A stretch of 64,000 nucleotides of DNA from Tubulanus polymorphus (Eukaryota > Animalia > Nemertea). The notes below the pieces were generated by a model, which saw only the letters and a program-made list of their open reading frames with translations, ran no database searches and had not been told where the DNA came from. Positions within the stretch are counted from its first letter, which is position 1. Every line of letters starts with the position of its first letter. The position numbers and the translations under genes were made by a program. Positions 46,431-57,332 of the stretch are shown here, piece by piece. Location of the stretch: contig NC_134029.1 in NCBI RefSeq assembly GCF_964204645.1, forward strand, positions 19,586,950 through 19,650,949. Direction: 5' to 3'.

Positions 46431-47489
46431 TAATACTATGTAATTTCATATTATATCATTCATTGTCAACAATATTAAGCGATGTATATGTTATTTTTGA
46501 AGGTGTCAATAAACTTTCAAATCAGTTTTCTAGTTCTATGTATCAACTGAGTTATCCAAACAAACGACATCTTTTTCTGATATTTGTGATATGCTCAGTG
46601 TGTTTAAAGATCGAAAAGGCAGGTTTAAAGCAATTGTTTGGTGATACGCAGCTTTTAGGCGTGGAAGCCCCCGGTGGGCGTTCACGCGGGCGATCTTATG
46701 ACACGATATAGGTAGTATTGAACGCGCTCGGCGTCTGACGCCTCGGGGCAAGGTGACAGCTAGCGCGCATGATCTGCCTGAAAAATTAGTCACCGTGCCG
46801 AGCGAAAAAAACCGTTCGATCGGTATAAATAGTGCAAAAGGTGAATCAGCTAAACTCTAACGAGGAGAAAACGTCATCGGTGCTAGAAATGTCATATAAA
46901 TACGGGGCGATTCGTTGAAAACATATGCGACAAAGGGGATTTACGTTAGACAGCGGCGGCGGTTACTTGTTTTGAGTAATAAAACCAGTGGCTGAGTCAC
47001 TACCGCTGTAGTCGTCGTCGTCAGCAATTTCATCGGTAACAAGCCGTAACATTTGCACTTTTTGATTATCCGAAATCAAACACGAAATTCGATAATCTGC
47101 GGCAGCGCAGACGTCGCTCGTTTCGAGTCGGGAACGGGAAAATAAACATTTTTTACACGGCCGATATTGAAGCGTATTCGATGTAACCGTTTCGTTCGGC
47201 AAATCACGTTGCTTCGTATACCTCTCCCGGTGCGCACCTGATAATTTCGTAAATGTGCATTCGGAATGAAGAAGTTGTGATCGAACTTCAAGCCACGAAG
47301 TAGAGTAAACGAAAAGAATAAGATGAAAGGAAAATTCTTTTTTTTAAAGTTACCGTTATATTGCTTGATGATCATTCTAAAATGTTTCCATTTTTCCTCA
47401 AATATGCCGTCAGTGCTTTTGAATATATGATATTGATAAATGGTAATGATAATAATGTCATTTATATAGTGCATGTATCGTAAACCTCT

Positions 47490-47662
47490 AGTCCAGTCTA
47501 GTCTAGTTCAAATGCACTCCAAATTGTATTCCCCCAGCCTATAACTTTAATCCATGTATCAGTCATCTCTCCCTAGGAGTATAACATCCGAGCAACTACT
47601 AGGCGCTCAGGAGTCGGCTATCAGTCCAGGTACGCATTGACTCCTGGGTGGAAAGAGGCAAT
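47490..47662 (-). mobile_element. SINE remnant with a Nin/Deu-like conserved core
   Basis: Minus strand ttgcctctttccacccaggagtcaatgcgtacctg resembles the recalled CCTCTCCACCCAGGTGTAAATGGGTACC core of metazoan Nin/Deu SINEs; a short tandem tail (ctagt)n lies at 47488-47506. Family assignment from memory, not searched. Confidence 0.5.
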
Positions 47663-49140
47663 GAGGATGTAGTCTATTTCTTATGTTCGTCCAAATGTAT
47701 TCAAGTCATCTAAGAAAGAAAGTAGAAAAGGCAAATACGTCAAAGTACCTTCGGATTAACTAAGATTGATTAAAGAAATATAATGGGAAGTTAAGTTTCT
47801 ATAAAAGAAAGTATAAACAAGTTGACAGCTGAAATGCTTTTGATCCGGTATTCAAGATAGCGAAGAACTCAACGCTCGAAAGAAAATTACTATTCCGTCC
47901 CTGGCGTGAGAAACTGCAGTCTGCCCGGGTTTAAAATCCCAACAGGGGCCGCGTGGATAATGTTGATTAATACGACACCGGCGTTCGGTTCTGTGACTGG
48001 AACCAATTCCCAGAGATATAGCGCGCAACGTATTAACATCAGTCACAATCGGGATCGCGGGAATTCGAAAGCCTGACGCACCCCAGAAGTGCGATGACGG
48101 AACTAATTCAAACGCTTATAAATGGGACGTTGATGAATTTCCAACGTGTCGCGTAAAAGGTTAATGTCGTCTTGACTGTCGTATTATGAAAATGAGTTGA
48201 AATATGGCTGCGTTAATGTGACTGGGAGGGGCAGAAAAAAAGACGTTCGCCAGGCCATAACGAGAACTGTGATTGGTTATTACTAACGTCGAGCTTCTAG
48301 CATTCGTTTACTTCTTCGACGAGTAATTACCACCGAACTCGCGATCTCTGAGTAGTTGGCCAATGTTTTACGCATTCGTGTTTCGAATCTTTGTGGAGGC
48401 AGAATTTCTTGATCAACTCACCGAGATTCAAACGCGCGATCTTTGAACAGTGTTGATCATTCGCGCTTTGAATCATTCTGATCTTGATCAACGTTCGTTT
48501 AGTTTTCCTACAGCGAAAGTAAATAAGGCGTTCCAACTTAGCTTATATTTTATAGATATTGCATTAAATAGTATGTAAAAAGAAAAAAAATACACCAGCA
48601 GATACGCAAAAATATCAATAATACATTTGAGTATTAATTACATTTAGAAAATCTTAATTCAATTGCGTTGAATGTTTCATTTCGTTATTGAAATATTTCG
48701 TAGTATCGTAGGAAGATGCGGAATCAAAATATGTGAAAAATGGCGTTACATTATGTCAGTTTTGTCGCGCAATATAGCAATAACTGTTTATAACATGAGC
48801 TTCAGCCTTCATTCGCTGCATGCCTGGCAATCGCCTAGCTGCGCACGGAATGTCTTAATGACTTCCGTTATAAATGGCTGCCGCAATACTTAACGGCTGT
48901 TCATTAATTAACGCAGCAAAAACAATAAGCTCTAGAGCTCATATCCTTGTGATCGACTAGCTCGACGTTCGTCAGCCTGGGGACTTGGTGAACAATTATA
49001 TCGCCTTTATAGAAGAATTAAGCTATAATATAGCATATCACGTCAAATTTCAAGCGAGCGTAAGATGATCTTATATCCAAGCGTTCACGGGTGAAAATGA
49101 ATTCGCTTTATCAAAGATCCCTGCCTCTTCGAAATAAAAT

Positions 49141-49210
49141 CCTCCCCCACCAGGGATTCGAACAAGATGGCATCGATATTGCCAGGGTACGGAACCCTAC
49201 AACGCCAGAG
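49141..49210 (-). mobile_element. tRNA-derived SINE head (pol III A/B boxes), copy 1
   Basis: Minus strand: tcTGGCGTTGTAGGgttccgtaccctggcaatatcgatgccatcttGTTCGAATCCctggtgggggag. Confidence 0.5.
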
Positions 49211-49359
49211 CAAATGCGCAGCTTATAGATGATGTCATTATTAGCCAATCAGATATCCCGTTTTATTTTAGCCCGTTTCCGTTTTTTGCCTCAACGATTC
49301 TGCAACGAGCAATCTGATTGGTGTCACAACTAAACCTGTGAATGTACCTGCGCACCCGA

Positions 49360-49432
49360 TCTAGTGTGGCAGGGGTTCGTGCCGTGGCTGAGTCAAGCGA
49401 TGCCATCAGGTTCGAATTCTTGCCGAGGGAGA
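49360..49432 (+). mobile_element. tRNA-derived SINE head, copy 2 (inverted relative to copy 1)
   Basis: tcTAGTGTGGCAGGggttcgtgccgtggctgagtcaagcgatgccatcagGTTCGAATTCttgccgagggag aligns with copy 1. Confidence 0.5.
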
Positions 49433-50522
49433 ATGCGAAATAAGAATCTCGTACATACATATTCGAGCATACGAACCGGTATGTATAACGGACTCGATTT
49501 CGAACGTGGCTATGGTCGTCGTGTAAAACTGTTACGCACGAAGGTTTTCGATAATTCGACTAATTTGCTGCGATTTTCGCCCGGCGAACCATTTTCGGAG
49601 TCGTCGAGACGAGAGATGCACGAGAGAGCCCGCAGCGAGGTTGACAGCGTGCATCAGACGCGCTCGCCAGACCACACGCACGCGTAATACCGTCGAGAAA
49701 ACCCTTAGACGAATTACCGGTGGCAAAAAAATTATCAAACATTTCCGCGGGGACGTCTTTCGCGACCGTGGTATCAATTTTTCATATTCGCCGGGCTGAG
49801 TAGAATCCCAGATGCAATAACATTGCCAGCGTCCATGATTATGATTACTATTCGAAGTGGATATAGTTTACGATCAACTAAGAATTTTTGAATTCTGAAG
49901 CTGGTTCAAGGTTTACTTATGCCCTCAACGATAGTTCTATCAATCTTCCTATACTGAATAGAAATCTTCATAAATCATTATCATTTAAATGAAGCGCAAC
50001 CAATTTATTATCATAAATTGTCGACTTCTTACGTGCAAGGTCAGGGCATTGAAGTACTCGGGTGGCGGGGCTCGGTGATTCAACTCACTTACGGTTGACA
50101 AGTACGCCGGTATAATACTCGGCGAAAGAAAACGTTGTTGCAGCTCTGACTCAATATAAAATCGATGATAAATTGCTGCCATAACATTAGGCTCTGTTAC
50201 TTACGTTTACCGTATTGGTATTCATTGTCATATTTTGCCGGCTTCCTGAAAGTGACAGCACCATCTGTCTTCCAACAGCCATTTCCCTGGTGTCGGCTGC
50301 AGCCAACCAGCCCTAGCGCGTCGTGATGGATCGTTGACCACCAGCGCGGTGATAAGGCCATTTCGATCCTATTGGCTTCGGTTTTCTCTTTAGAACATAT
50401 GGCCATCGGGTTGTGGCCGAAACGAATGTTTATTCTCGACGCCGTAAGAATGATGTTTTTATCAACGCATCGTAATTATCGTGTATTCAATACAATATCA
50501 TGGATAACTATCACGCATTATC

Positions 50523-50762
50523 TAAGGGGTTCTGTGTGAGTCGATGTGCACTACGTGATCAATATTGGCGTTTCAAAATAACAATTACAATTGTAAATTT
50601 AGGCATTCATCTTGGCATTCATTTCATGACTTATTTTATCTAATAAATGTTTATGTCTATTTGATAATGAATTTCGAGTGGATGAGTCAATGTTTGAGCT
50701 AGCCTGGTTAGACTGGTTACCGGTGATCGATATATTCAAATTTAAAATAACTTTATTGATCA
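50523..50762 (+). repeat. Dispersed repeat, copy 2
   Basis: Same 5' ~75 bp and same 3' end (tagactggtt.ccggtga...ttcaaatt.aaaataact..attgatc) as 46065..46430. Confidence 0.8.
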
Positions 50763-51059
50763 TCGATGTCGTATTACACCATTCCTTGTCGATAATATCA
50801 GGCAATACGTTAGTATTCTTCATGGCATGATAACACTCTCAATTTAGTTTTCCTCTTCTATAACCCAAAAAGAAGGTCTCAGCAATAGTCCGTACTTTAG
50901 TTGTACATTTCCCTTTTCTTTCTTCATAGGGGATGGTCGTATTATTAAGAATGAAATGAATTGAATTGATCGAGTGGTCGCCAAAAACAACCAATAGGGT
51001 AAATAACCGTTTTATCACTCATCGAAACAAGGGCGTTTCCCAATGAATTCATTTACGAT

Positions 51060-51156
51060 AATAAAACTGATGATAATGATAATGATAACGATAATGACAA
51101 TAACAATAACAATAACAATAATAATTATGATAATAGTAATAATGATAATAATGATA
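51060..51156. repeat. Degenerate (AAT/GAT/AAC)n trinucleotide repeat
   Basis: Direct reading. Confidence 0.9.
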
Positions 51157-51822
51157 GGCCATCTTTTGCACGAATCTAAGAATTTGCTATTAAATCCACC
51201 ACAGGGACGAGCGTGTCACAAAGCGGTCCTAATACAGCGTATACCCGATACGTCTCCATATCAAATCCGCTTCGAATCGTGTTCGTGAATGCACTCACCA
51301 ACACACATCCGGATGTTTCCGATTCAATTTAACGCAAATCTATTTCCTCTTCTGGGGAATGTGTCTAACCGAACGCTCGGGGAATATTTCATTTTTGCCT
51401 ACAATTCGCCGGAACATGGCGCAGCTCCCGCGAGTCTGCCGAACAATGCGCATATTTGATTATTTCGAATGATTATGATTAATCGAACTACGGCCATTTT
51501 TGCAATTAAGCACGAAAACCCTCCCAGTAGAATTATGTAATAATTCCCGACGAATCTAGCACGCACCATACTAAAATATTATTCATCAAACGTTCATCAA
51601 ATGCCTTGTTTGATTTTTTAGCAATACGATACATGGCGCATTTTTCACCGATTAGATATAATTTGAGCAGCTGGGATTTAGTTCTGTTCTGGTAAATATG
51701 AAAAACTGATGCGAAACTAGAAAAAAGAATCGTCGGATAAAGTACGTCCGGGCAAAGTTATTGCCATCATTAGACGACGAAGTTATTATGATTTATCGTA
51801 TTTATGTGGAGCTTTAAAGAAT

Positions 51823-52111
51823 CAGGCCCGTGCCGACGGGCGTTCGGAGTAGCGAACAAACCTCCTAGAATTTTCAAAACGCCCTTCAAAAAGTCAGTGG
51901 GTCTAGATTTTTCGAAATTTGGCTACAATGTTCATGTTTGTTTGGAAAATGAAAAGCATTCCATTATCAAATGATTTATTCATTAAGTACCCGGGCACTT
52001 CATATCTGCGAGCTGCCCCTTTTTCAATAATAAAGTCCTCCTTTTACGGTGAAATAGTGCCCTTTTTCTTGAAATGAAACTGCTCCCTCAAAAAAACTCG
52101 GCACGGGCCTG
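51823..52111. mobile_element. MITE family C copy (opposite orientation to 15260..15572)
   Basis: caggcccgtgccga ... tcggcacgggcctg perfect 14-bp TIR; internal gtgccctttt motifs are reverse complements of those in the other copy. Confidence 0.8.
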
Positions 52112-53224
52112 AAAAATGGCCACAGATTCTTGCAGCTGGTGAAACTGACGTCTGCGCCTTATTCTAGAGGTTTTAGGATTTATTTGACGAGAATTTCTGA
52201 AGAATGGTGGCCCTCACCGAAGTGAATACAAATAGCGTTCATTAGGCGGGAATTTTCAGCGCTAATTAAATACGAATTATATCGTTCGCAGTCTAGTCAT
52301 GCATGGCGACGAATCCAGTAGGAATTGTGAGACTTGTACAAGTCCATCAATTCCCTTTTTCATACATCGAAATGCCCTTTTGGGATGTGATAAGTTTTTG
52401 GCCCGTTGATCCCATAGGCGAACGGGCTTATCTTATAATACAAAGCCAGCCGCAAAGACCACAGAACCTTTTATCGCGTAAGAAACCTTGCTTCCAATAA
52501 GATGTCTCATCTGCGAAACGGGGGAAAATGTATGTACGGTATGAATGTATATAAATTGTATTTAATATTTTTGAAAGTCACGTTCATTCGCGCCTATTCC
52601 ATCAGCGCTTAGTGTCGAAAATATCTCGAAGATGGCGCTGGCCTCGTACGCGTGGTCTAATTCAATTGGTTTCTAGTTCCGTCGAGGAAATGAAATGTAA
52701 AAATACCATTTCGGTGGCAATTTGAGACGAAACTTGTAGTTTCGCGAAAATGATGATCGATAATATGACTGCGCAATCGCAATACATCGATATATTGATG
52801 GTTCTTCGCGTGAACGCGAGTAACGGCGAAAAAAATTCGGATGTTCGATTCTATTCATTTAGTCTACATCAAATCTCTGAATATATTCGTTTATCTGGCT
52901 CAATGATACTGTGACCTGATTCCAGTGCGACCTGTCAAAGATCTTATGCGTGTATTCCTAGTCTAAACGTGGTAAATCGTAGCAAATTCTTAGATACAAT
53001 TTAATATTTACTTTTCTCTTCATGACGTCATTTTTCGTGGTTAGACGTCCATCACAATATGGCTTATTGTGAATATTTCATACAAATCCGAATCTGGTAC
53101 TCTGTTCTTATCGGTCAGTTTGCGGTTGCAGTAGATATTACTTAAATACCAGAATATCCACTAAATAATGAAAAGATGTTCTTTTATCTTGAAATAAGGA
53201 TTGACCATGTTATTCATCTGTTTG

Positions 53225-53360
53225 GTAGATTTCGTTTGATTTCTTTTTATTTAGTGTCCCTTACAAACCCACCACCACACCTGCCGGGAGCATACTGATT
53301 TAGAAATCGGATATCGAAGTACAGATATAGCTGTGTGATCGGCGGTGGAAGTTACAGATT
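53225..53360 (+). repeat. Diverged direct repeat, copy 1 (copy 2 at ~56875..57020)
   Basis: gtgtcc.ttacaaaccca...acacctgccgggagc...atcgaagta...atatag.tgtgtg.tcg.cggt.gaa.ttacaga shared by both. Confidence 0.7.
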
Positions 53361-55703
53361 TCTTTTGTTTAAATCCAAGTGGTACATAATTGGAAATTTC
53401 GATTCCGGTTCATTTATTCATTTAGACGATCGTCCAACCAGCCCGAACCGGCAAGCGACTGATTGGGGTTAATTTTGTTGACTGCCTCATATATTCTCAC
53501 TGACAAGGCGAAGAAGTGATACACGTCATTCAGGTTGTCGTGTACTACCAAAGGTCAGATCCCGTCGGTCGTGATTATCCAAATTGGCATTTTCTACTAA
53601 CAATCAAGCAAGTCGCCTTCGGGTATCCGTTGAATCCCAAAACAATTAAGCCCTCGCCGTGATTCCTTTTCGAGAATAACCGATTGAATCATTCAAAGAA
53701 AATTCCGGCCTTATTGCACTGACTCAGTAGGAAGTTTTTTCGTCGCATAGCTGCCTCTCTTTTTAGTTCTTGTTTTGGGTATGCTGTATTTTATCCCTTA
53801 AATATTCATATGTACGTGTTTGGCCTATGCTATTAGTCTGTTTCAGTCCTTGCAGATTCCACAGTCTTAACCGAACTGTAAAAATGATGTCGTATAAATC
53901 AGACTAAATCTGATGGATTTCTAAATAGAAGAAATGAACTTAGCCCCATTCGAAGAAAGTCTCATCTTGCGCAAGCAACCGATCTCAACCAAGCTAGAGC
54001 TTTTCTTTGTAAACGAAGTTTAATTAAGTGAAATTCGATGATGTCGCAATTGAGGAAAAATACATTCATTTATTCGAACCCAGGCTCGCGCATAAAACTG
54101 GAAAGCTTCCAATATTCCAACTGCTCCTTCACGGCGAAAGAGACAAATGTTAGGTGTGTTTTTTTTACAACGCGAAGGCTTTGAGCGAAAACCTGCTAGC
54201 TCTTAGTCTAATTTCCAGCTATCGGCATCATTATCGACAACCGTTTAAAAGTAAATCGGCGGTTTTCGGATAAAATGCTTACGACAGTTTTTTTTTTTTA
54301 CTAAATCGACGAAATGGCCGTCGCACCACGCAGGTCCCCTCACGCACGATATAAGGTTCACGGCGGAAATCTTCCCATTGATAAATCGAAATGCAGAATG
54401 AAAATTCCACCGAAGAAAATTCCTTTCAAAACCTACTTGTATAAGATAACAAATATTCTCCGTTTGGTAAGATGCGAGTTATTACGCTTTGGATCAACGT
54501 AGTTTATCATTTCCACACTGTTTTTTCTATAGCGATATTTCGAACAGACCAAAAAGATTTAGTTCCGCTAAATTTTAATTAAAAAGCGAAATGTTACGCA
54601 GAAATTTTGCACTTGCACAATCTACATGTATCAACCGAAATCGCTCAGTGGCCATATCTGAGAATCAGGTTTTCAGAATTTTCTTGGGTGAGGGCCCGTT
54701 CAGTTCCTAACCAGATAAGAAACTAATCTTCCACATGTTTCTCACACCGAGGCCCTGTCGGATTGATTAAAGCTTAGGATTTATGACTGAAGCCATCAAG
54801 TTTATATTACGTAATTCGTTTTTCAAACTTCTGCCATATGGAGTTCTCCGAAATCTTATAACAAGCACAAGAGACTTGTTCACTTAATTACTACAACATT
54901 AACTGCAATTAACGACGTTCAATATTTGATCGGGGACTATACTAGAACATCTGGCTTCTTCATCAAAATCGGCTTATTCCTGAATTCAGAAGAGTGATTT
55001 CCCTTCTAGGTTTATTGCCTCCTGCGTTGGCTCGATTGTCGTTGATTGTCATTACGGATTCGTAATAATCATTTCTTGAGCGGTTTTCGCAGGACTCGGG
55101 TGTCAATACACCACGACTGGCCTGCTGTGTGACCCGCGCCTTTTACTCGCGATAATTGAGTCACGGCATGCGAATCTGCCATTTCCACACGGCTTTGAAT
55201 AATTAATATATGGCCGCTTCGGTGACCTCTCAAACAGTTATTTTTTCCCGTTTATGATTACGCTATCGTTTTCATTGACCTGACAACGTTTAGTCATGTA
55301 CGCAGGGGCTGGTGTCATAAGCAAATAACCGCGATATTCAGAAAATGTAGAATGTTTTGCGCATTTGAAGCCATCGATCATCAAAATCGTTGAAGGATCT
55401 CCTGTCGAACTCAACGTTTTAAATTTCAAAATCTACAAAAAACGGCGTCCATGTTCGGTCCGGGCAAATTTCGAGTTCGAAGACAGATAATTCACGAGCT
55501 ATTCAGCGGAGGTTAATAGATCTAGATTTGATGGAAACAGAAGGCTATTAGCTTTGATCACGTGCCTAGATTATCGAAATCGGACGAGAAATAATGAAAC
55601 AGTAAGCGACTGAAGTTGAGTTAGTTTGTGAGCGTCGTTAGCCCCCTTGTTATTCTATGAGAAGATTCGTAGATAGTAGCCGTGTTTACCGGGTTTAGAA
55701 TAG

Positions 55704-56074
55704 ATAACGAGACGAGTTGTAATTTAAAGGTTAACTATTCATTTGACGCACGAGCTTTCACTACTATAAATGTATAGAAGCTTTAACAGGTGAATGGGTA
55801 TTTAGAGAACGAGAGGGAACTTGGAGTTTCATTCTAATTAGTGTCAATCTGCCTATAAAAGGGAAGTAATCTTTTTATTAAAATAATAAATGTCAGTGTG
55901 TCTCGGGCGCCTGGCCATATAACACCACATATCTGTCTTTGCCTCGGTCTCTGGCTGCGTAAATACTGTTGTTTTTCCATTGACTATACTCATTCACCTG
56001 AAGAATGAAGCTTCTATACATTAGTAGCGAAAGCTCGTGCGTCAAATAGATAGTTAACCTACTCGTCTCGTTAT
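55704..56074. repeat. Inverted repeat (~95-bp arms, ~185-bp spacer) with hammerhead-like motifs (Penelope-like remnant)
   Basis: ataacgagacgagt..aggttaactat..atttgacgcacgagctttc.ctacta..atgtatagaagctt..caggtgaatg mirrored at 55987..56074. Confidence 0.85.
55995..56039 (+). ncRNA. Minimal type I hammerhead-ribozyme-like motif
   Basis: CAC-CTGAAGA(ATGA)-A-GCTTCTA-tacat-TAGTAGC-GAAAGCTC-GTG. Stem I CAC/GTG, stem II with one mismatch, palindromic AGCT, UC cleavage site, 4 extra nt after the core. Confidence 0.6.
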
Positions 56075-57158
56075 TCGTTATTTTAAACACTGGATTAACG
56101 GATTATCGTTTTACGCTGTCTGATACGAGCCCCTGTGGTCAAATATTCCGGTTGCACATCTCTTCGGGGATGATTGTCGAACTTGTCTTGATTTTCATAT
56201 AACTAGAAATCGTGGGCATTTTTCAAAAGGACCCGTGGGCAACAATCCGTCGATAGATATTCCATTACGATCCCATCTACATCGAAAAATGATTAACTTA
56301 TTCGAAGAAACGTTGAGACAGATAGAAAACACAAAATAGTTCAAACACTTTCAGTCGGCGATGAACTTTGATGTGCCGAAGGGCGAAGCTGTGGGAGAGC
56401 GATCGAGTTTTCAATCGTCTAACGTTACTGTCGCTGGAACGAGCAAACGTTTCATTATCTGAAACGACGGCGTTTTAAACCGCTGCGAGTAGGCTCGTAT
56501 CGGCACCTGATGTACTCCGCCAGCGAAAACGGTACTTCCACACCGAACCCACGCGTGCTATCGACGACGTCACCTTCGATCCCCATCCGCTCCACGAAAT
56601 CGCGTTGATTTTCGACTTAATCGCTATTTCAAAGTCTTTGATGTGTGGGTGTTCGACGTGATTTCGTCATAAGTACTCAATACCAAACCAGTTTCATTTT
56701 CTTTTCGTAATACGCCTGAAGGCCTGCCTACACATTAATGATTTTGAATACGTTAGATTTTACGTTTATTGATTTATCAGAGTATGGATTGATAGACTGT
56801 GCGAATTGTTCTTGACATCACATTAGGAGTTTTTTCATCTCGAAATAGGGATTGTCCTTCTCGATTATTAGATCGATAGATTTGATGATTTGTTTTGGTG
56901 TCCTTTACAAACCCAATACACCTGCCGGGAGCGAAACGGGGGGTTCTATTTTGACATCGAAAATCGAAGTATAAATACAAATATAGTTGTGTGTTCGACG
57001 GTCGAATTTACAGAAGTTATTGTTCAAATTGAAGTATGTAATCGGGGATTACGGCTTATCCCCGCGCGATGGGTAGAAAACCAGGATAGGGCATAAACAG
57101 TGTTGTGGAAAAACACGGCCTACGCCCAGTTGTATACGTCCTCACTTCGAACCAAATA

Positions 57159-57332
57159 CAGTAGACCCTCATAACGAACTCGGATACAACGATTCATCGG
57201 ATATAACAAAAATATTGAACTTCGTTTCAAGTGAGAAAATATCAACTAATTTCATACTGGATATAACGAACTATCGGTTATAACGAACATATTTTCTGGT
57301 TCCGTGAAGTTCGTTGTAACGAGGTTCCACTG
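57159..57332. mobile_element. Tigger/pogo-like MITE
   Basis: TA|CAGTAGACCCTC.ATAACGAACT ... AGTTCGTTGTAACGAGGTTCCACTG; internal ggatataacgaa repeats; right TA lost. Confidence 0.7.

Noticed and set aside
49360-49432. Possible tRNA gene
   Set aside because: Has A/B-box motifs but no consistent acceptor or anticodon stems; treated as a SINE head.
50197-50406. GC-richer minus-strand ORF ending at a GTAAGT donor-like site
   Set aside because: No recognisable protein motif in any frame and no partner exons found; a second gene cannot be supported.
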